Positions 1-9,139 of a stretch of 53,745 bases of DNA are shown piece after piece. Each line of letters starts with the position of its first letter. Position 1 is the stretch's first letter. The translations under genes were made by a program, and so were the position numbers. Below the pieces are notes generated by a model that saw nothing but the letters and a program-made list of their open reading frames with translations, was not told where the DNA came from and ran no database searches. This DNA comes from Candidatus Woesearchaeota archaeon (GTDB lineage: Archaea > Nanobdellota > Nanobdellia > Woesearchaeales > UBA10216), in assembly GCA_016180085.1 (NCBI GenBank), contig JACPBX010000007.1, positions 1 to 53,745 of the forward strand, in the 5' to 3' direction.

Positions 1-345
1 AGAGTTGATATACGTTCTATAATCAGATTTGCCTTTAGCAATAAATATCCTATTGTTCGGCGAGAACTTTTTGATTAGTAAATCATAGAAAAGGTAAAGT
101 TTAGATAAATCCTTCCATTGATGGAAGTAAATTCGCCTTAAATCTTTTATTAAGCTGCCATCAGGCATCATACCAGCCAGCTTGGCTACATCTTCATCAA
201 GAATAAAAGGAGAGTGAATTTTTATCGTATTCTTTCCTCCTAAATGTTTGAGGGTAATAAACTCTCCTTCGTCGCTAAGAAGTTCAAAATCCTTATTAAG
301 TTCTTTGGGCTGAATTGTTTTATATGTTGTTTCTTCCATCTTCAT
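1..345 (-). CDS. LAGLIDADG-like homing endonuclease family protein (partial, runs off window start)
   Basis: Not in the ORF track; translated by hand: MKMEETTYKTIQPKELNKDFELLSDEGEFITLKHLGGKNTIKIHSPFILDEDVAKLAGMMPDGSLIKDLRRIYFHQWKD... The helix LAGMMPDGSL resembles a LAGLIDADG motif. GTG at 348 is an alternative start. Confidence 0.6.
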   Translation of the reverse strand, partial: MKMEETTYKTIQPKELNKDFELLSDEGEFITLKHLGGKNTIKIHSPFILDEDVAKLAGMMPDGSLIKDLRRIYFHQWKDLSKLYLFYDLLIKKFSPNNRIFIAKGKSDYRTYINS

Positions 346-374
346 CACACTCCGAAACCTCCGCAGTTTGGCGA

Positions 375-484
375 GGAGGACGTTGAGCGGAGCTGCCTAA
401 TGTGATTTTAGGCTGTAAAGCCGACCTTGCCGCAGCAAGGGAAAATCACAATTTTGGCAGCTCTGCGGTCCTCCGAGCTTTACT
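375..484. ncRNA. Nested multi-hairpin structured element upstream of the LAGLIDADG ORF
   Basis: Nested pairings GGAGGAC/GTCCTCC, CGGAGCTGCC/GGCAGCTCTG and TGTGATTTT/AAAATCACA, capped by hairpins GGCT-GTAA-AGCC and CCTTGC-CGCA-GCAAGG. The transcribed strand is ambiguous. Confidence 0.5.
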
Positions 485-493
485 TAAGGAGTT

Positions 494-533
494 GTTTATA
501 TACCCTCGCCGGGCATTTGTCCAGTGTCCAGTG
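494..533 (-). promoter_or_regulatory. 40-bp conserved TATA-ending element, copy 1
   Basis: Minus strand reads CACTGGACACTGGACAAATGCCCGGCGAGGGTATATAAAC. It is 36/40 identical to 11949-11988 and 34/40 to 13713-13752, ungapped. Confidence 0.75.
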
Positions 534-579
534 ACTTCTCGACGTGAAAAGTTTCTGGGTATTTCGGAAGAATTTCAAA

Positions 580-840
580 TTATGACTCAGTTCTGAGGAA
601 AATAACAGATGCAACAATAACATAAGCAGTGCCCAGCAATGTCAAAATATTGAAAATTTCATATAAGGCGTTGGCGAGTGATGTCATGTTTTCGCAAACA
701 TTCCAATGAAAAACGCCTTGCGGTCCGAATCGCCTTTGTTCGCAACCGGAATCTGGAATAAATGTTGTAATTATCCAAAATGCTAATGTAATTAGAGTAA
801 TGATGTAGAATGCATTTTTTGAAAAAAAGAATTTGCTCAT
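580..840 (-). CDS. Small two-TM membrane protein
   Basis: ORF from MSKFFFSKNAFYIITL, with two hydrophobic segments around a C-x14-C loop. The upstream in-frame extension in the track overlaps the next gene. Confidence 0.6.
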   Translation of the reverse strand: MSKFFFSKNAFYIITLITLAFWIITTFIPDSGCEQRRFGPQGVFHWNVCENMTSLANALYEIFNILTLLGTAYVIVASVIFLRTES

Positions 841-891
841 ACGGCTGCTATCGTTTCTGAGGTATTTAAAGATTGTTACAGGTCTTAGGCC

Positions 892-911
892 AAAACCGTC
901 AACATTAAAAA
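892..911 (+). repeat. 20-bp direct repeat, left copy (flanks the inositol monophosphatase gene)
   Basis: AAAACCGTCAACATTAAAAA, identical at 1865-1884. Confidence 0.85.
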
Positions 912-928
912 TTGGAAAAGAACGTATT

Positions 929-1855
929 ATGCCAATGACTACGCTGGAGGAGGTTCTAAGGAGTTCCAAGTATGCTGAAGTTGTAAGGCAAGTCCTGGAT
1001 ATTTTTGTTCCGCTTGCATTACGGCTTCCTCAATTGCGCGATAATCCTGCAGCGATGCTGGAGAAGGTAAAGGCAATCGGGCGAAGCGGCATTACAGATG
1101 TCGCAACAAATGCTGATATTTTCATTCAAGATGAATTGAGGAAACAGGTTGAAGGACTGCATGACGATTGGCAATTCTGGGGAGAAGAAGCCGCTGATAA
1201 TGCTGTCGTATATGATGCCACGAAGCGTTACCTGTTTATCACAGACCCAATTGAGGGAACAAACAACTTCAAGGCGAAGAAAGATGAGCAGTGGGGTTCT
1301 GTTGTTGCTCTCGTTGACATAGCCACCAAACAGCCTGTCATTGGTATAATTGCTCTTCCAGCACAAAGAAGATTTTATCTTGGGATAAAAGGAACAGGCG
1401 CCTATATTGTTGTGTACGGTGAACATGGACGGCCATCCTCCTTCACTCGCATGGCAAGTGAACCTGAACAAGCAGAGTTCACCTACAATAACAGTCCGCA
1501 CTTTGAAAGCAGGTTAGTCAGTCAGGTTCAAAAATTCATGGCTATGGGAAAGGTGCAGCCCAGTGCCCGGTTCGCCGACGCTCTTGAGAAATCCAGGAAA
1601 AAGATTATAATGCCTGATGGTTCTGTGTTTATTGACCCTGAAAGCGGTGCTTTGGAAGTGGTCCGCAACAGGGGGACAATTTACTTCAAAACAGGCAATG
1701 AAATGGCGGCTGTGGTTCCAATCCTTGAAGAGTTGGGAGGGAAAGTAACGGATGCTTACGGAACTATGTGGCATCTTGGAATAAGTACGCTTATTGCTGC
1801 GAGGACAAAAGCGGATTACCTGTATCTGAGAAGTATTTATGAAAGGACAATTTGA
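929..1855 (+). CDS. Inositol monophosphatase / FIG superfamily protein
   Basis: TDVATNADIFIQ, WGEE and FITDPIEGTNNF (DPIDGT-like metal motif). ATG 929 chosen as start. Confidence 0.8.
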   Translation: MPMTTLEEVLRSSKYAEVVRQVLDIFVPLALRLPQLRDNPAAMLEKVKAIGRSGITDVATNADIFIQDELRKQVEGLHDDWQFWGEEAADNAVVYDATKRYLFITDPIEGTNNFKAKKDEQWGSVVALVDIATKQPVIGIIALPAQRRFYLGIKGTGAYIVVYGEHGRPSSFTRMASEPEQAEFTYNNSPHFESRLVSQVQKFMAMGKVQPSARFADALEKSRKKIIMPDGSVFIDPESGALEVVRNRGTIYFKTGNEMAAVVPILEELGGKVTDAYGTMWHLGISTLIAARTKADYLYLRSIYERTI

Positions 1856-1864
1856 TAATGGTTT

Positions 1865-1884
1865 AAAACCGTCAACATTAAAAA
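1865..1884 (+). repeat. 20-bp direct repeat, right copy (overlaps the rnhB upstream region)
   Basis: AAAACCGTCAACATTAAAAA, identical at 892-911. Confidence 0.85.
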
Positions 1885-1907
1885 CAACAGTCGCGAGGGA
1901 TTCAGTC

Positions 1908-2618
1908 ATGGTCTTAATTTGTGCCATTGATGAGGCGGGCAGTTTATTCTTTTAGCAGCTGTTGCAGATGCTAATCGATAAGTCTATAGGCCCCATCATC
2001 GGCCCGATGGTAATGTGCGGCGTGCTGACTGACGAGGAAGGCGCTGCCGAGCTGAAAAAGATTGGTGCGAAGGATTCAAAGCTCCTGTCTCCAAGGCAGC
2101 GGCAGCAGCTGTTTGGCAAGATAGTCAAAATTGTCAAGGGCTACAAAATCGTAATCATAAGCCCTGCCGAGATAGACGCCTCTGTCAAGTCAGATGATGG
2201 CATGAACCTGAACTGGCTCGAGGCGCACAAGTCTGCCGAGATTATCAATGCCCTGAATCCCGAAAAAATAATTATTGACAGCCCGAGCAACAACGTGAAA
2301 AATTACAGGAAATACCTTATTGAGCTGCTGAAAAACAAGAAAATCGAGGCTGTTGTGGAGCACAAGGCTGACGTCAACCATGTTGAGTGCTCTGCCGCGT
2401 CAATACTTGCGAAAGTTACCAGGGATGAGGAAATAGAAAAAATCAAGAAAGTTGTGGTTGAAGACTTCGGCAGCGGCTACCTGGCAGACCCTAAGACTAT
2501 TGAATTCTTCGACAAATACTTTGAGACTTATCCTGACATCTTCAGGAAGAGCTGGGCCCCTTACAGGAAGAAGGCTGATGGCAAGTGGCAGAGGAAGCTG
2601 GGCGAGTTTGAAGAATAG
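1908..2618 (+). CDS. rnhB: Ribonuclease HII, interrupted by a 45-nt putative intron (exons 1908-1942 and 1988-2618; 221 aa spliced)
   Basis: ATG 1908 gives MVLICAIDEAG. Removing 1943-1987 gives AGA (R) and continues GPIIGPMVMCG. Downstream motifs IIDSP, HKAD, SAASILAKVTRD, DFGSGY and RKSW are RNase HII hallmarks. Confidence 0.92.
1943..1987 (+). other. Putative BHB-type mRNA intron in rnhB
   Basis: Central helix GGGC(1937-40)/GUCU(1982-85), bulges AG|U and AU|A, intron stem UUAUU/GAUAA and UUAGCA/UGCUAA, in-frame TAG at 1953. Confidence 0.8.
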
Positions 2619-2655
2619 AAAACAATAAAAATACATCTACGGCGGGTGATGTTTC

Positions 2656-2940
2656 ATGGCTAAAGACGAAAACGGTGAGGACGAGCTTGAGGCTAAGGAG
2701 CCTGAAGAGGAAGAGGACATCTATGAGGAAAAAGAGAGGGAAGAGCTTGAGGAGGAGGATGAGATTTCTCCAACAGAAGAGGCCTTCATGGAGGGCTATG
2801 AGGAAGAGGAGAAGGTTGCTGAGTGCGCAAAGTGCGGCAAGAGCCTCCTTGAAATGAAGGGCGCAGTTGAGCGGGAGTTCAAGGGCAAACACTACAGGTT
2901 CTGTTCTGAGAAGTGCGCCAGGGGCTACAAGTTCAAGTAG
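2656..2940 (+). CDS. Small acidic protein with C-terminal TRASH/YHS-like metal-binding domain
   Basis: Glu-rich N-terminus, then CAKC...YRFCSEKC. Confidence 0.7.
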   Translation: MAKDENGEDELEAKEPEEEEDIYEEKEREELEEEDEISPTEEAFMEGYEEEEKVAECAKCGKSLLEMKGAVEREFKGKHYRFCSEKCARGYKFK

Positions 2941-2990
2941 CTCTTGATTCTTAGTTAGCTTTAAATTATGCGCCGGATTACCCTTTTTGC

Positions 2991-4238
2991 ATGGCCATTG
3001 ATGAACATGTGAAAAGGCTAGGCAACCCGGATACGCTTGTCGAAGCTCTTAAAGCGGCTGGTTCGCCTGGCTTTTCAAATTTTACAGCAGCCGACTTTTT
3101 GAGGGGACTGAATCTTGTGCTGAAAAATGAAGAGTACAGGGCTCTTTTTTTCAAACACATAAGTGCTGCCGATTTAGTTGGACTGTTAAAAGAGCCGCCA
3201 GTAAGCCTTAGTTATTTTGAAACGCTTCAGCTTATGATGCTGCTGCCAACGCCAAAAATCCTGTCCTTCGTTTTTGCAGCTGGCACTGATGCGAAGTCCG
3301 ATCTTGAGGGCATAATCAACGGGATTCACAGTGGCGGTTTTAACCCCTCTGACCGGCTGCATCTGGAGCTGGAGTACTCAAGATATGCTACCAGGTTTTA
3401 TTCGCCGTTTTTCGAAACCACCATACCCTTTCCTTATTGCGATATGCCGTTCGAGAGTTTCGCTAAACTGCCTTTTCTGGATGGGCAAGAGGTAATTCTG
3501 ACTGACCGGGATTACAGAGAGGCCGAAAAGACAGCAAAAGAGGCCCTGAGCGTTCTTAACTTTGTCAAAGGCAAAGTAAGTCCTGCAGTTCCTCTTATGG
3601 TTATAGGCAACATGCGCTATGGCAGCCTCTTTGTAGTCAAGCCAATAGAAGATTACCTGGCTGAGCTGGGCGTTAAAGTGGTGCATGATGAATACGTTAG
3701 TTCCAGCGATTTTGACAGAACTGATAAACGTGTTGGAGATATTTCCAAAGGGACTCTTGACTGGATAGCCGAAAATGCTCCGAATGTAATTGTTGTTGAT
3801 GGCACTTCCAATAATCATGTCTTTGACGAGTGGGAGGTTGGTAAGCCAATAGATGACGCAGTTAGGTTCCCGGCAGCTATGCTTGGCTACATTTATGCGT
3901 TCAGGGACTTGAATCGCTACCATGAACTCAAAGTACCTCACTACGAATTGAATTTTTGGGCTCCCGAAATGCGAGAGCGTGTATTTGTTGGTGAACACGA
4001 AGTGCGCTACAAGCCAGTTGTTGGTGATGGCAGCCGCGAACTTACTATCGTGTGTTCAACTTCACTTGGCCCAGAGTCGTCCCACGGTTACTTTGACAAC
4101 CCTGAAAAGCGCGCAAGGAGGTTTGTACTGGGTTTCACAAGCAGCGGATTAAAATGGAGAATGGCTGCATCTACAGATGATTTTGTAGAAGCGGTACAAC
4201 AGCATATGAAAGTCGTGATAGCTGAGTTGTTGCGATAG
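2991..4238 (+). CDS. Hypothetical protein
   Basis: 415-aa ORF; no family recognised. Confidence 0.65.
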   Translation: MAIDEHVKRLGNPDTLVEALKAAGSPGFSNFTAADFLRGLNLVLKNEEYRALFFKHISAADLVGLLKEPPVSLSYFETLQLMMLLPTPKILSFVFAAGTDAKSDLEGIINGIHSGGFNPSDRLHLELEYSRYATRFYSPFFETTIPFPYCDMPFESFAKLPFLDGQEVILTDRDYREAEKTAKEALSVLNFVKGKVSPAVPLMVIGNMRYGSLFVVKPIEDYLAELGVKVVHDEYVSSSDFDRTDKRVGDISKGTLDWIAENAPNVIVVDGTSNNHVFDEWEVGKPIDDAVRFPAAMLGYIYAFRDLNRYHELKVPHYELNFWAPEMRERVFVGEHEVRYKPVVGDGSRELTIVCSTSLGPESSHGYFDNPEKRARRFVLGFTSSGLKWRMAASTDDFVEAVQQHMKVVIAELLR

Positions 4239-4268
4239 ATTTAAAATGTAACAATCTAAAGGGGTTTT

Positions 4269-6137
4269 ATGCCTTTCAAGAACCCTGCTGGCTTGTATGC
4301 GCTACTGGCACTCATACCTTTCATCTTCCTGTATCTGCGAAGGCCGAAGCCGAAGGAGAAAACCATCCCGAGCCTGATGTTTTTCATAAAGGAAGGCGGG
4401 GTTACGAAGTTTGCCAACTTTTTCAAGCAGATATTGAGGAACCTTCTTTTTTTGCTGCAGCTGGCCATAATCCTGTCCGCTGCTTTTGCCATTGCCTCCC
4501 CTTTTTTTACAAGCGAGAAGGCAGCAGCTGCCAAGCATACGGTCCTGGTTATTGACGGTTCTGCGAGCATGAACGCCTTGCTGAGCGATGGCTCAGGCAC
4601 AAGGTTTGGAAGGGCTGTTGAGGAAGCCAGTTCGAGGCTTGAGGGCAGGGTCAGCGTAGTTCTGGCTGAGAATATCCCTGTTGTTGCCCTGGATAAGGGG
4701 ACTGCAACTGAGGCAAGGAAGATTCTTTCAACCCTGAAGGCAAAAGCCACAAAGACGCACATTGGTGATGGCATGCTTGCTGCTGGCGAGCTTATCGATG
4801 ACAGCTCAGGGAATAGCAGGGTCGTTGTCCTGAGCGATTTCCAGGCTGATGAGGGCACTGACGCCATTGTTGCAAAGCGCTCCTTGGCAGCGAGGAAGAT
4901 TGATGTTGAGCTTGTCAATGTTCTCGGCAGCGGCAGCGAGGGAAAAGAGGCATTAAAAGGGTTGAGCAATGTTGGCTTTGTTGGCCTGGACATCAACAAG
5001 TTCCAGACAACAGCCCTTGTCAGGAATTATGACGACTCACAGCACAAGGTGGACCTTGAGGTCATGAACAACGGCAATCTGGTTGCAAAGGAGCAGCTGG
5101 ACATTGGCCCAAGGTCTGTTGAGCCTTTCAGCTTTGGCACAGTGCATGGCAGCACCCAGCTTGACATTCTGCGCAAGGATGACCTTGAGACAGACAACAG
5201 GCTTTTCGTAAGCTCCCCTGTGAGGAAAATCAGGGCCCTGCTGATAACAAACTCTGACAGCAGCTACCTCATGGCAGCCCTCAGGTCCTCTCCGAATGTT
5301 GAGCTTGACATCGCCTTCCCTCCTGTTGTCAAGGCCTTCAACTATGACGTGATAATAATCCATAATGCCTCTTCGCAGTTCATGCTGCCTGGCTTTTACA
5401 GGGAAATCAACAAGGCCGTAATGAATGGCACAGGCCTTGTGGTGACTGCCCAGCAGGTCAGGCAGGATTTGCCTGTTTATGTAAAGCAGTTTGACATGCC
5501 CTTGGAACTCTTTGGCATGGGCAATTCTTCAAGGGCTTCTGTGAGGATTGAGGGCTACCTCACTAAGGGTGTTGATTTTGGCGTGGTTGCAGGCTATAAC
5601 GTTGCAAGGCCTTACAGTACGGATAAGTTTACAAGCCTTGTCGTTGCTGACGACAACAGCTCGCTGCTTGGCTCTTATTCAAAAGGCAGCGGCATTGTTT
5701 TTTACTACGGGCTGCTTGACGATGCGAGCACATTCAAGAGCTCATACTTTTACCCGGTATTCTGGGACAACCTGCTCAGCTTCCTTACAAGGAGCGAGGA
5801 CATCGCAAGCTTCAATGTCCAGACAGGGAGAGTTGAGGGCATAAGCGAGCAGCAGGTCATGACACCATCAGGCAGGGTCAAGACCGCACGGCTTTTCTTT
5901 GACGAAGCGGGTTTTTACACAATCGGCTCAAAGGTGATTGCGGCAAACATTGTTGACAAGGCCGAGTCAGACATTGCCTCTGAGAAAGCGCTTGAGCTTG
6001 CCAGCTATGATTCCACTCTGCTGTCCGCTGCCACAACAGCAAAGAGCGAAATTGAATTTGGCAGCCAGCTTGCTTTTGCAGCTCTCGCGCTGGTCCTGCT
6101 TGAGCTGCTTCTGGTAAAGATGCGGGGTGACTTGTGA
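4269..6137 (+). CDS. BatA-domain / vWA domain membrane protein
   Basis: N-terminal FKNPAGLYALLALIPFIFLYL...P (BatA-like), MIDAS VIDGSASM, VVLSD, C-terminal TM. Confidence 0.85.
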   Translation: MPFKNPAGLYALLALIPFIFLYLRRPKPKEKTIPSLMFFIKEGGVTKFANFFKQILRNLLFLLQLAIILSAAFAIASPFFTSEKAAAAKHTVLVIDGSASMNALLSDGSGTRFGRAVEEASSRLEGRVSVVLAENIPVVALDKGTATEARKILSTLKAKATKTHIGDGMLAAGELIDDSSGNSRVVVLSDFQADEGTDAIVAKRSLAARKIDVELVNVLGSGSEGKEALKGLSNVGFVGLDINKFQTTALVRNYDDSQHKVDLEVMNNGNLVAKEQLDIGPRSVEPFSFGTVHGSTQLDILRKDDLETDNRLFVSSPVRKIRALLITNSDSSYLMAALRSSPNVELDIAFPPVVKAFNYDVIIIHNASSQFMLPGFYREINKAVMNGTGLVVTAQQVRQDLPVYVKQFDMPLELFGMGNSSRASVRIEGYLTKGVDFGVVAGYNVARPYSTDKFTSLVVADDNSSLLGSYSKGSGIVFYYGLLDDASTFKSSYFYPVFWDNLLSFLTRSEDIASFNVQTGRVEGISEQQVMTPSGRVKTARLFFDEAGFYTIGSKVIAANIVDKAESDIASEKALELASYDSTLLSAATTAKSEIEFGSQLAFAALALVLLELLLVKMRGDL

Positions 6138-8536
6138 TGGCTGTTTTCAGTCATCCAAAGCTGATGCTGCTGATTCCGGTAGCGGTTGCAATAATGTTTT
6201 TGGCAATTAGGAAGGATTTCGTCAAATTAAAAGGTGACAGGTGGGCATTCTACCAGAAGGTCAAGGTAAGAAGGCGCCTTGTCATCTTCGCATTGAGGTC
6301 TGCTGTTGTTGCATTATTGATTGCTGCCTTGGCCCAGCCAGTGGCGCTGAGGCAGGAGCTATCGTCAGGGGACCCTTCCCTGACAATTTTGGTTGACAGA
6401 TCAAGGTCATTTGACCTTTTTGACAGGACTGAAGCTGACAAGCAAAAGGAGGAGCTTGGAGACAATATGCCTGTGAGCATAAGGCAGATAGCAGCGCCTG
6501 ACAAGTCAGCGATTGGCGATGAGCTTCTGGCAGCAATGCTTGGCAATGACAATCTGCTGCTGGTATCTGACGGCAGGGTTACCAGCGGGAGAAGCCTGGG
6601 CGATGTGATGGTGGTTGCGTCCTCAATCAATTCCACCATCAATTCGCTGTATCTCGAGCCGGTAAAAACAGACCTTGCGCTGAAGGTTGAAGGGCCCCGC
6701 ATAACAACAGTTGGTATTGACAACGAGTTCCTCGTAAGGATTGATGAGACAAAGCCGCAGAATTCCATGCCTCTGGGCTATAACGTTGTTGTGACGCTTG
6801 ATGGCGAGAAGGTTGTGGACGAAACCTCTTCAGGCACTAACGCGTTCAGGTTCAGCAGGAAGCTCGATGAGGGCTACCACAGGATTGTAGCGCAGCTCAA
6901 CGCTGCCGATTTTATTCAGGATAACAACATATTTTACAAGACTGTGAAGGTTGAGAAGAAGCCGAAGGTGCTCCTCATCTCCAAAAAGAACTCCCCTCTC
7001 GAAGGGCTGTTCTCGCCGCTTTACGACCTTAGCATAGCCCAAAGCCTTAATGAGGTGGGTTTGTCAGGCTACTCTGCTGTTGTCCTTAACGATATGCCTG
7101 CAAATGAAGTGGATGCCGACAAGCTTTCCTCCTTTATTGATGATGGCAACGGCATTGTTGTTGTTGGTGGAAGAAGCTCATACGACAAGGGCAGTTACAA
7201 AGGCACATTCCTTGAGAACCTGCTGCCTGTCAATGTTGGCTCAGGTGAGGAGGCTTCCAAGAAGTTTGTCAACGTTGTTTTGCTCATTGACATCTCCGGA
7301 AGCACAGGGGAAGGCTTCAGCACAACCAGCTCAGCAACTGTTGAAGAGGTCGAAAAGGCGCTGGCCCTTGGCTTGGTAAGCGACCTAAGGCCTGAGGACC
7401 GGGTGGGGATTGTTGCGTTTAACGTTGAGCCCCGCACTGTTGCCGAGCTGGAAAGATTATCGGCAAACAGGAATGAGCTTCTCAGCAAGGTTCCAAGGCT
7501 TGTCTACACAGGCAGCACCCTGATTTCAGAAGGGCTGCGGGGAGCAAGGCAGATGCTTCGCGATGTTGACGGCAGCAAGAACATTGTCCTGCTCTCTGAC
7601 GGGAAGTCAGGCAGCATGGGCGAAGACCTGATTGCTGCAAGGTATGCGTCAGAGCTGGGCATGAAGGTGTATGCTGTTGGAGTTGGCGAGGGAACGAACA
7701 GCGAGCACATGCAGGCAATAGCCAAAGCCGGCAGTGGCGTGTATTTTGAGCCTACTGAAGCGCAGCAGCTGAGGATAATCTTCGGCTCTGCAGAGGCCGC
7801 TCCTACAGACAAGATGAAGCTTGAGAAGCTCAACAATAACCATTTCATAACCAGGAATGTCAAGCTTAATGCGAGGCTTGCGGGCTTTAACCAGGTTGTT
7901 CCTAAGCCAAACGCTGATGTGCTGGTCGCGACAGCTGAGAACAGGCCTGTAATCACGGTCTGGCGCTTTGGCCTTGGCAGGATTGTTTCCCTTGCAACAG
8001 ACGACGGCTCAGGCTGGGCGGCCGAGCTCCTAAACAGGGAAAACTCTGCTCTTGTGACAAGGACAATGAACTGGGCCATTGGCGACCTGGGCAGGAACAA
8101 GCGGTTTGATGTCACAGCTCGTGATGCCTTCCTGGGTGATGAGTTCGAGGTTGATGTCACGGCAGACAGCATGCCCAGTGATGCCAGGATGCCCTTTTCC
8201 AAGACTGGCGAGCGCCTTTACAGCGCGCAGCTTGAGGCTGACAAGACAGGCTGGTACTCGTTTTTCGACGCAACAGCCGCAGCAAATTATCCCCTTGAGC
8301 TTTTGAGCACAGGCTACGACCCTGACCTTGCCGTCCTTGTACAGGTAACAGGAGGCGAAACATTCAGGCCTGGCCAGAGTGATGAGATTCTGCAAAAGGT
8401 AAGGGACGACTCAAAAAGGCTTGTGACAAGGCAGAAAAGCCTGGCCTGGATTCCCCTCATAATCGCCCTTGTTGTTTTCCTGCTCGACATCGCAATCAGA
8501 AAGTTGTGGGAAGGTGCAGAAAACAAGGTAGCATGA
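6137..8536 (+). CDS. vWA domain membrane protein with GATase-like domain
   Basis: LVDRSRS and LIDISGS (MIDAS), LLSDG, FIDDGNGIVVVGG, WRFGLGRIV; TMs at both ends; start overlaps the upstream stop. Confidence 0.85.
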   Translation: MAVFSHPKLMLLIPVAVAIMFLAIRKDFVKLKGDRWAFYQKVKVRRRLVIFALRSAVVALLIAALAQPVALRQELSSGDPSLTILVDRSRSFDLFDRTEADKQKEELGDNMPVSIRQIAAPDKSAIGDELLAAMLGNDNLLLVSDGRVTSGRSLGDVMVVASSINSTINSLYLEPVKTDLALKVEGPRITTVGIDNEFLVRIDETKPQNSMPLGYNVVVTLDGEKVVDETSSGTNAFRFSRKLDEGYHRIVAQLNAADFIQDNNIFYKTVKVEKKPKVLLISKKNSPLEGLFSPLYDLSIAQSLNEVGLSGYSAVVLNDMPANEVDADKLSSFIDDGNGIVVVGGRSSYDKGSYKGTFLENLLPVNVGSGEEASKKFVNVVLLIDISGSTGEGFSTTSSATVEEVEKALALGLVSDLRPEDRVGIVAFNVEPRTVAELERLSANRNELLSKVPRLVYTGSTLISEGLRGARQMLRDVDGSKNIVLLSDGKSGSMGEDLIAARYASELGMKVYAVGVGEGTNSEHMQAIAKAGSGVYFEPTEAQQLRIIFGSAEAAPTDKMKLEKLNNNHFITRNVKLNARLAGFNQVVPKPNADVLVATAENRPVITVWRFGLGRIVSLATDDGSGWAAELLNRENSALVTRTMNWAIGDLGRNKRFDVTARDAFLGDEFEVDVTADSMPSDARMPFSKTGERLYSAQLEADKTGWYSFFDATAAANYPLELLSTGYDPDLAVLVQVTGGETFRPGQSDEILQKVRDDSKRLVTRQKSLAWIPLIIALVVFLLDIAIRKLWEGAENKVA

Positions 8537-8599
8537 CCACGGCGACATAATTTTTTATATAGTAGATGCTTCAAAAAGAGTTAAGTTTGGTGATGAAAG

Positions 8600-9112
8600 G
8601 TGTACGTGAAGAAAAACGTGAATTTTACGCTGCTGGTATTGGTCATAACAGTCCTCGTTGGCACTGTTGCAATAACAACCTACTTCCAGTCAACCTACAA
8701 GGATGTGTCAACAGACCTTAAGGAAAAAGCAGAGCAGCTTGAGGTCATAAGCAGCAACTTCACCACCAAAATTAAGGAGCTTAACAAGACCTACAGCGAG
8801 CTCCAGATTAAGCAGCTCGACAAGGAGAAGCTTGACCAGCTTTACACAGACCTGCTGAAAGACAAGGAAAAGGTTGATGCAGAGCTTACAGTGACCAAGG
8901 ATAAACTCATAGAAACGCTTACAGAACTTGAGCGCAAGAAAGACGAGCTTTCTGACGCAAATTACAAGATATTGCTTCAGGAAGACGAGATTACCGACCT
9001 CAGGGTAAAAGTCGACAATCTGGGCAAGACAATCAACAGCCTGCAGGACCAGGTTAAATCACTCGAGAAGCAGCTGTGCGACGAGAAGACAGCACAGGGC
9101 AAGGCGTGCTAG
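8600..9112 (+). CDS. Membrane-anchored coiled-coil protein
   Basis: N-terminal TM followed by heptad-rich helix; GTG start. Confidence 0.75.
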   Translation: MYVKKNVNFTLLVLVITVLVGTVAITTYFQSTYKDVSTDLKEKAEQLEVISSNFTTKIKELNKTYSELQIKQLDKEKLDQLYTDLLKDKEKVDAELTVTKDKLIETLTELERKKDELSDANYKILLQEDEITDLRVKVDNLGKTINSLQDQVKSLEKQLCDEKTAQGKAC

Positions 9113-9139
9113 CGGAAAAATGGAAAAGTAAAAGGCAAA

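Noticed and set aside
1953-1955. TAG readthrough (pyrrolysine or recoding) as an explanation for rnhB
   Set aside because: It would put 15 extra residues into the active-site motif. Other genes here end normally at TAG, and the BHB geometry explains the insert exactly.
1962-2618. ORF-track protein MQMLIDKSIGP... as the complete RNase HII
   Set aside because: It starts inside the insertion and lacks the catalytic DE of DEAGRG, which is encoded at 1929-1934.
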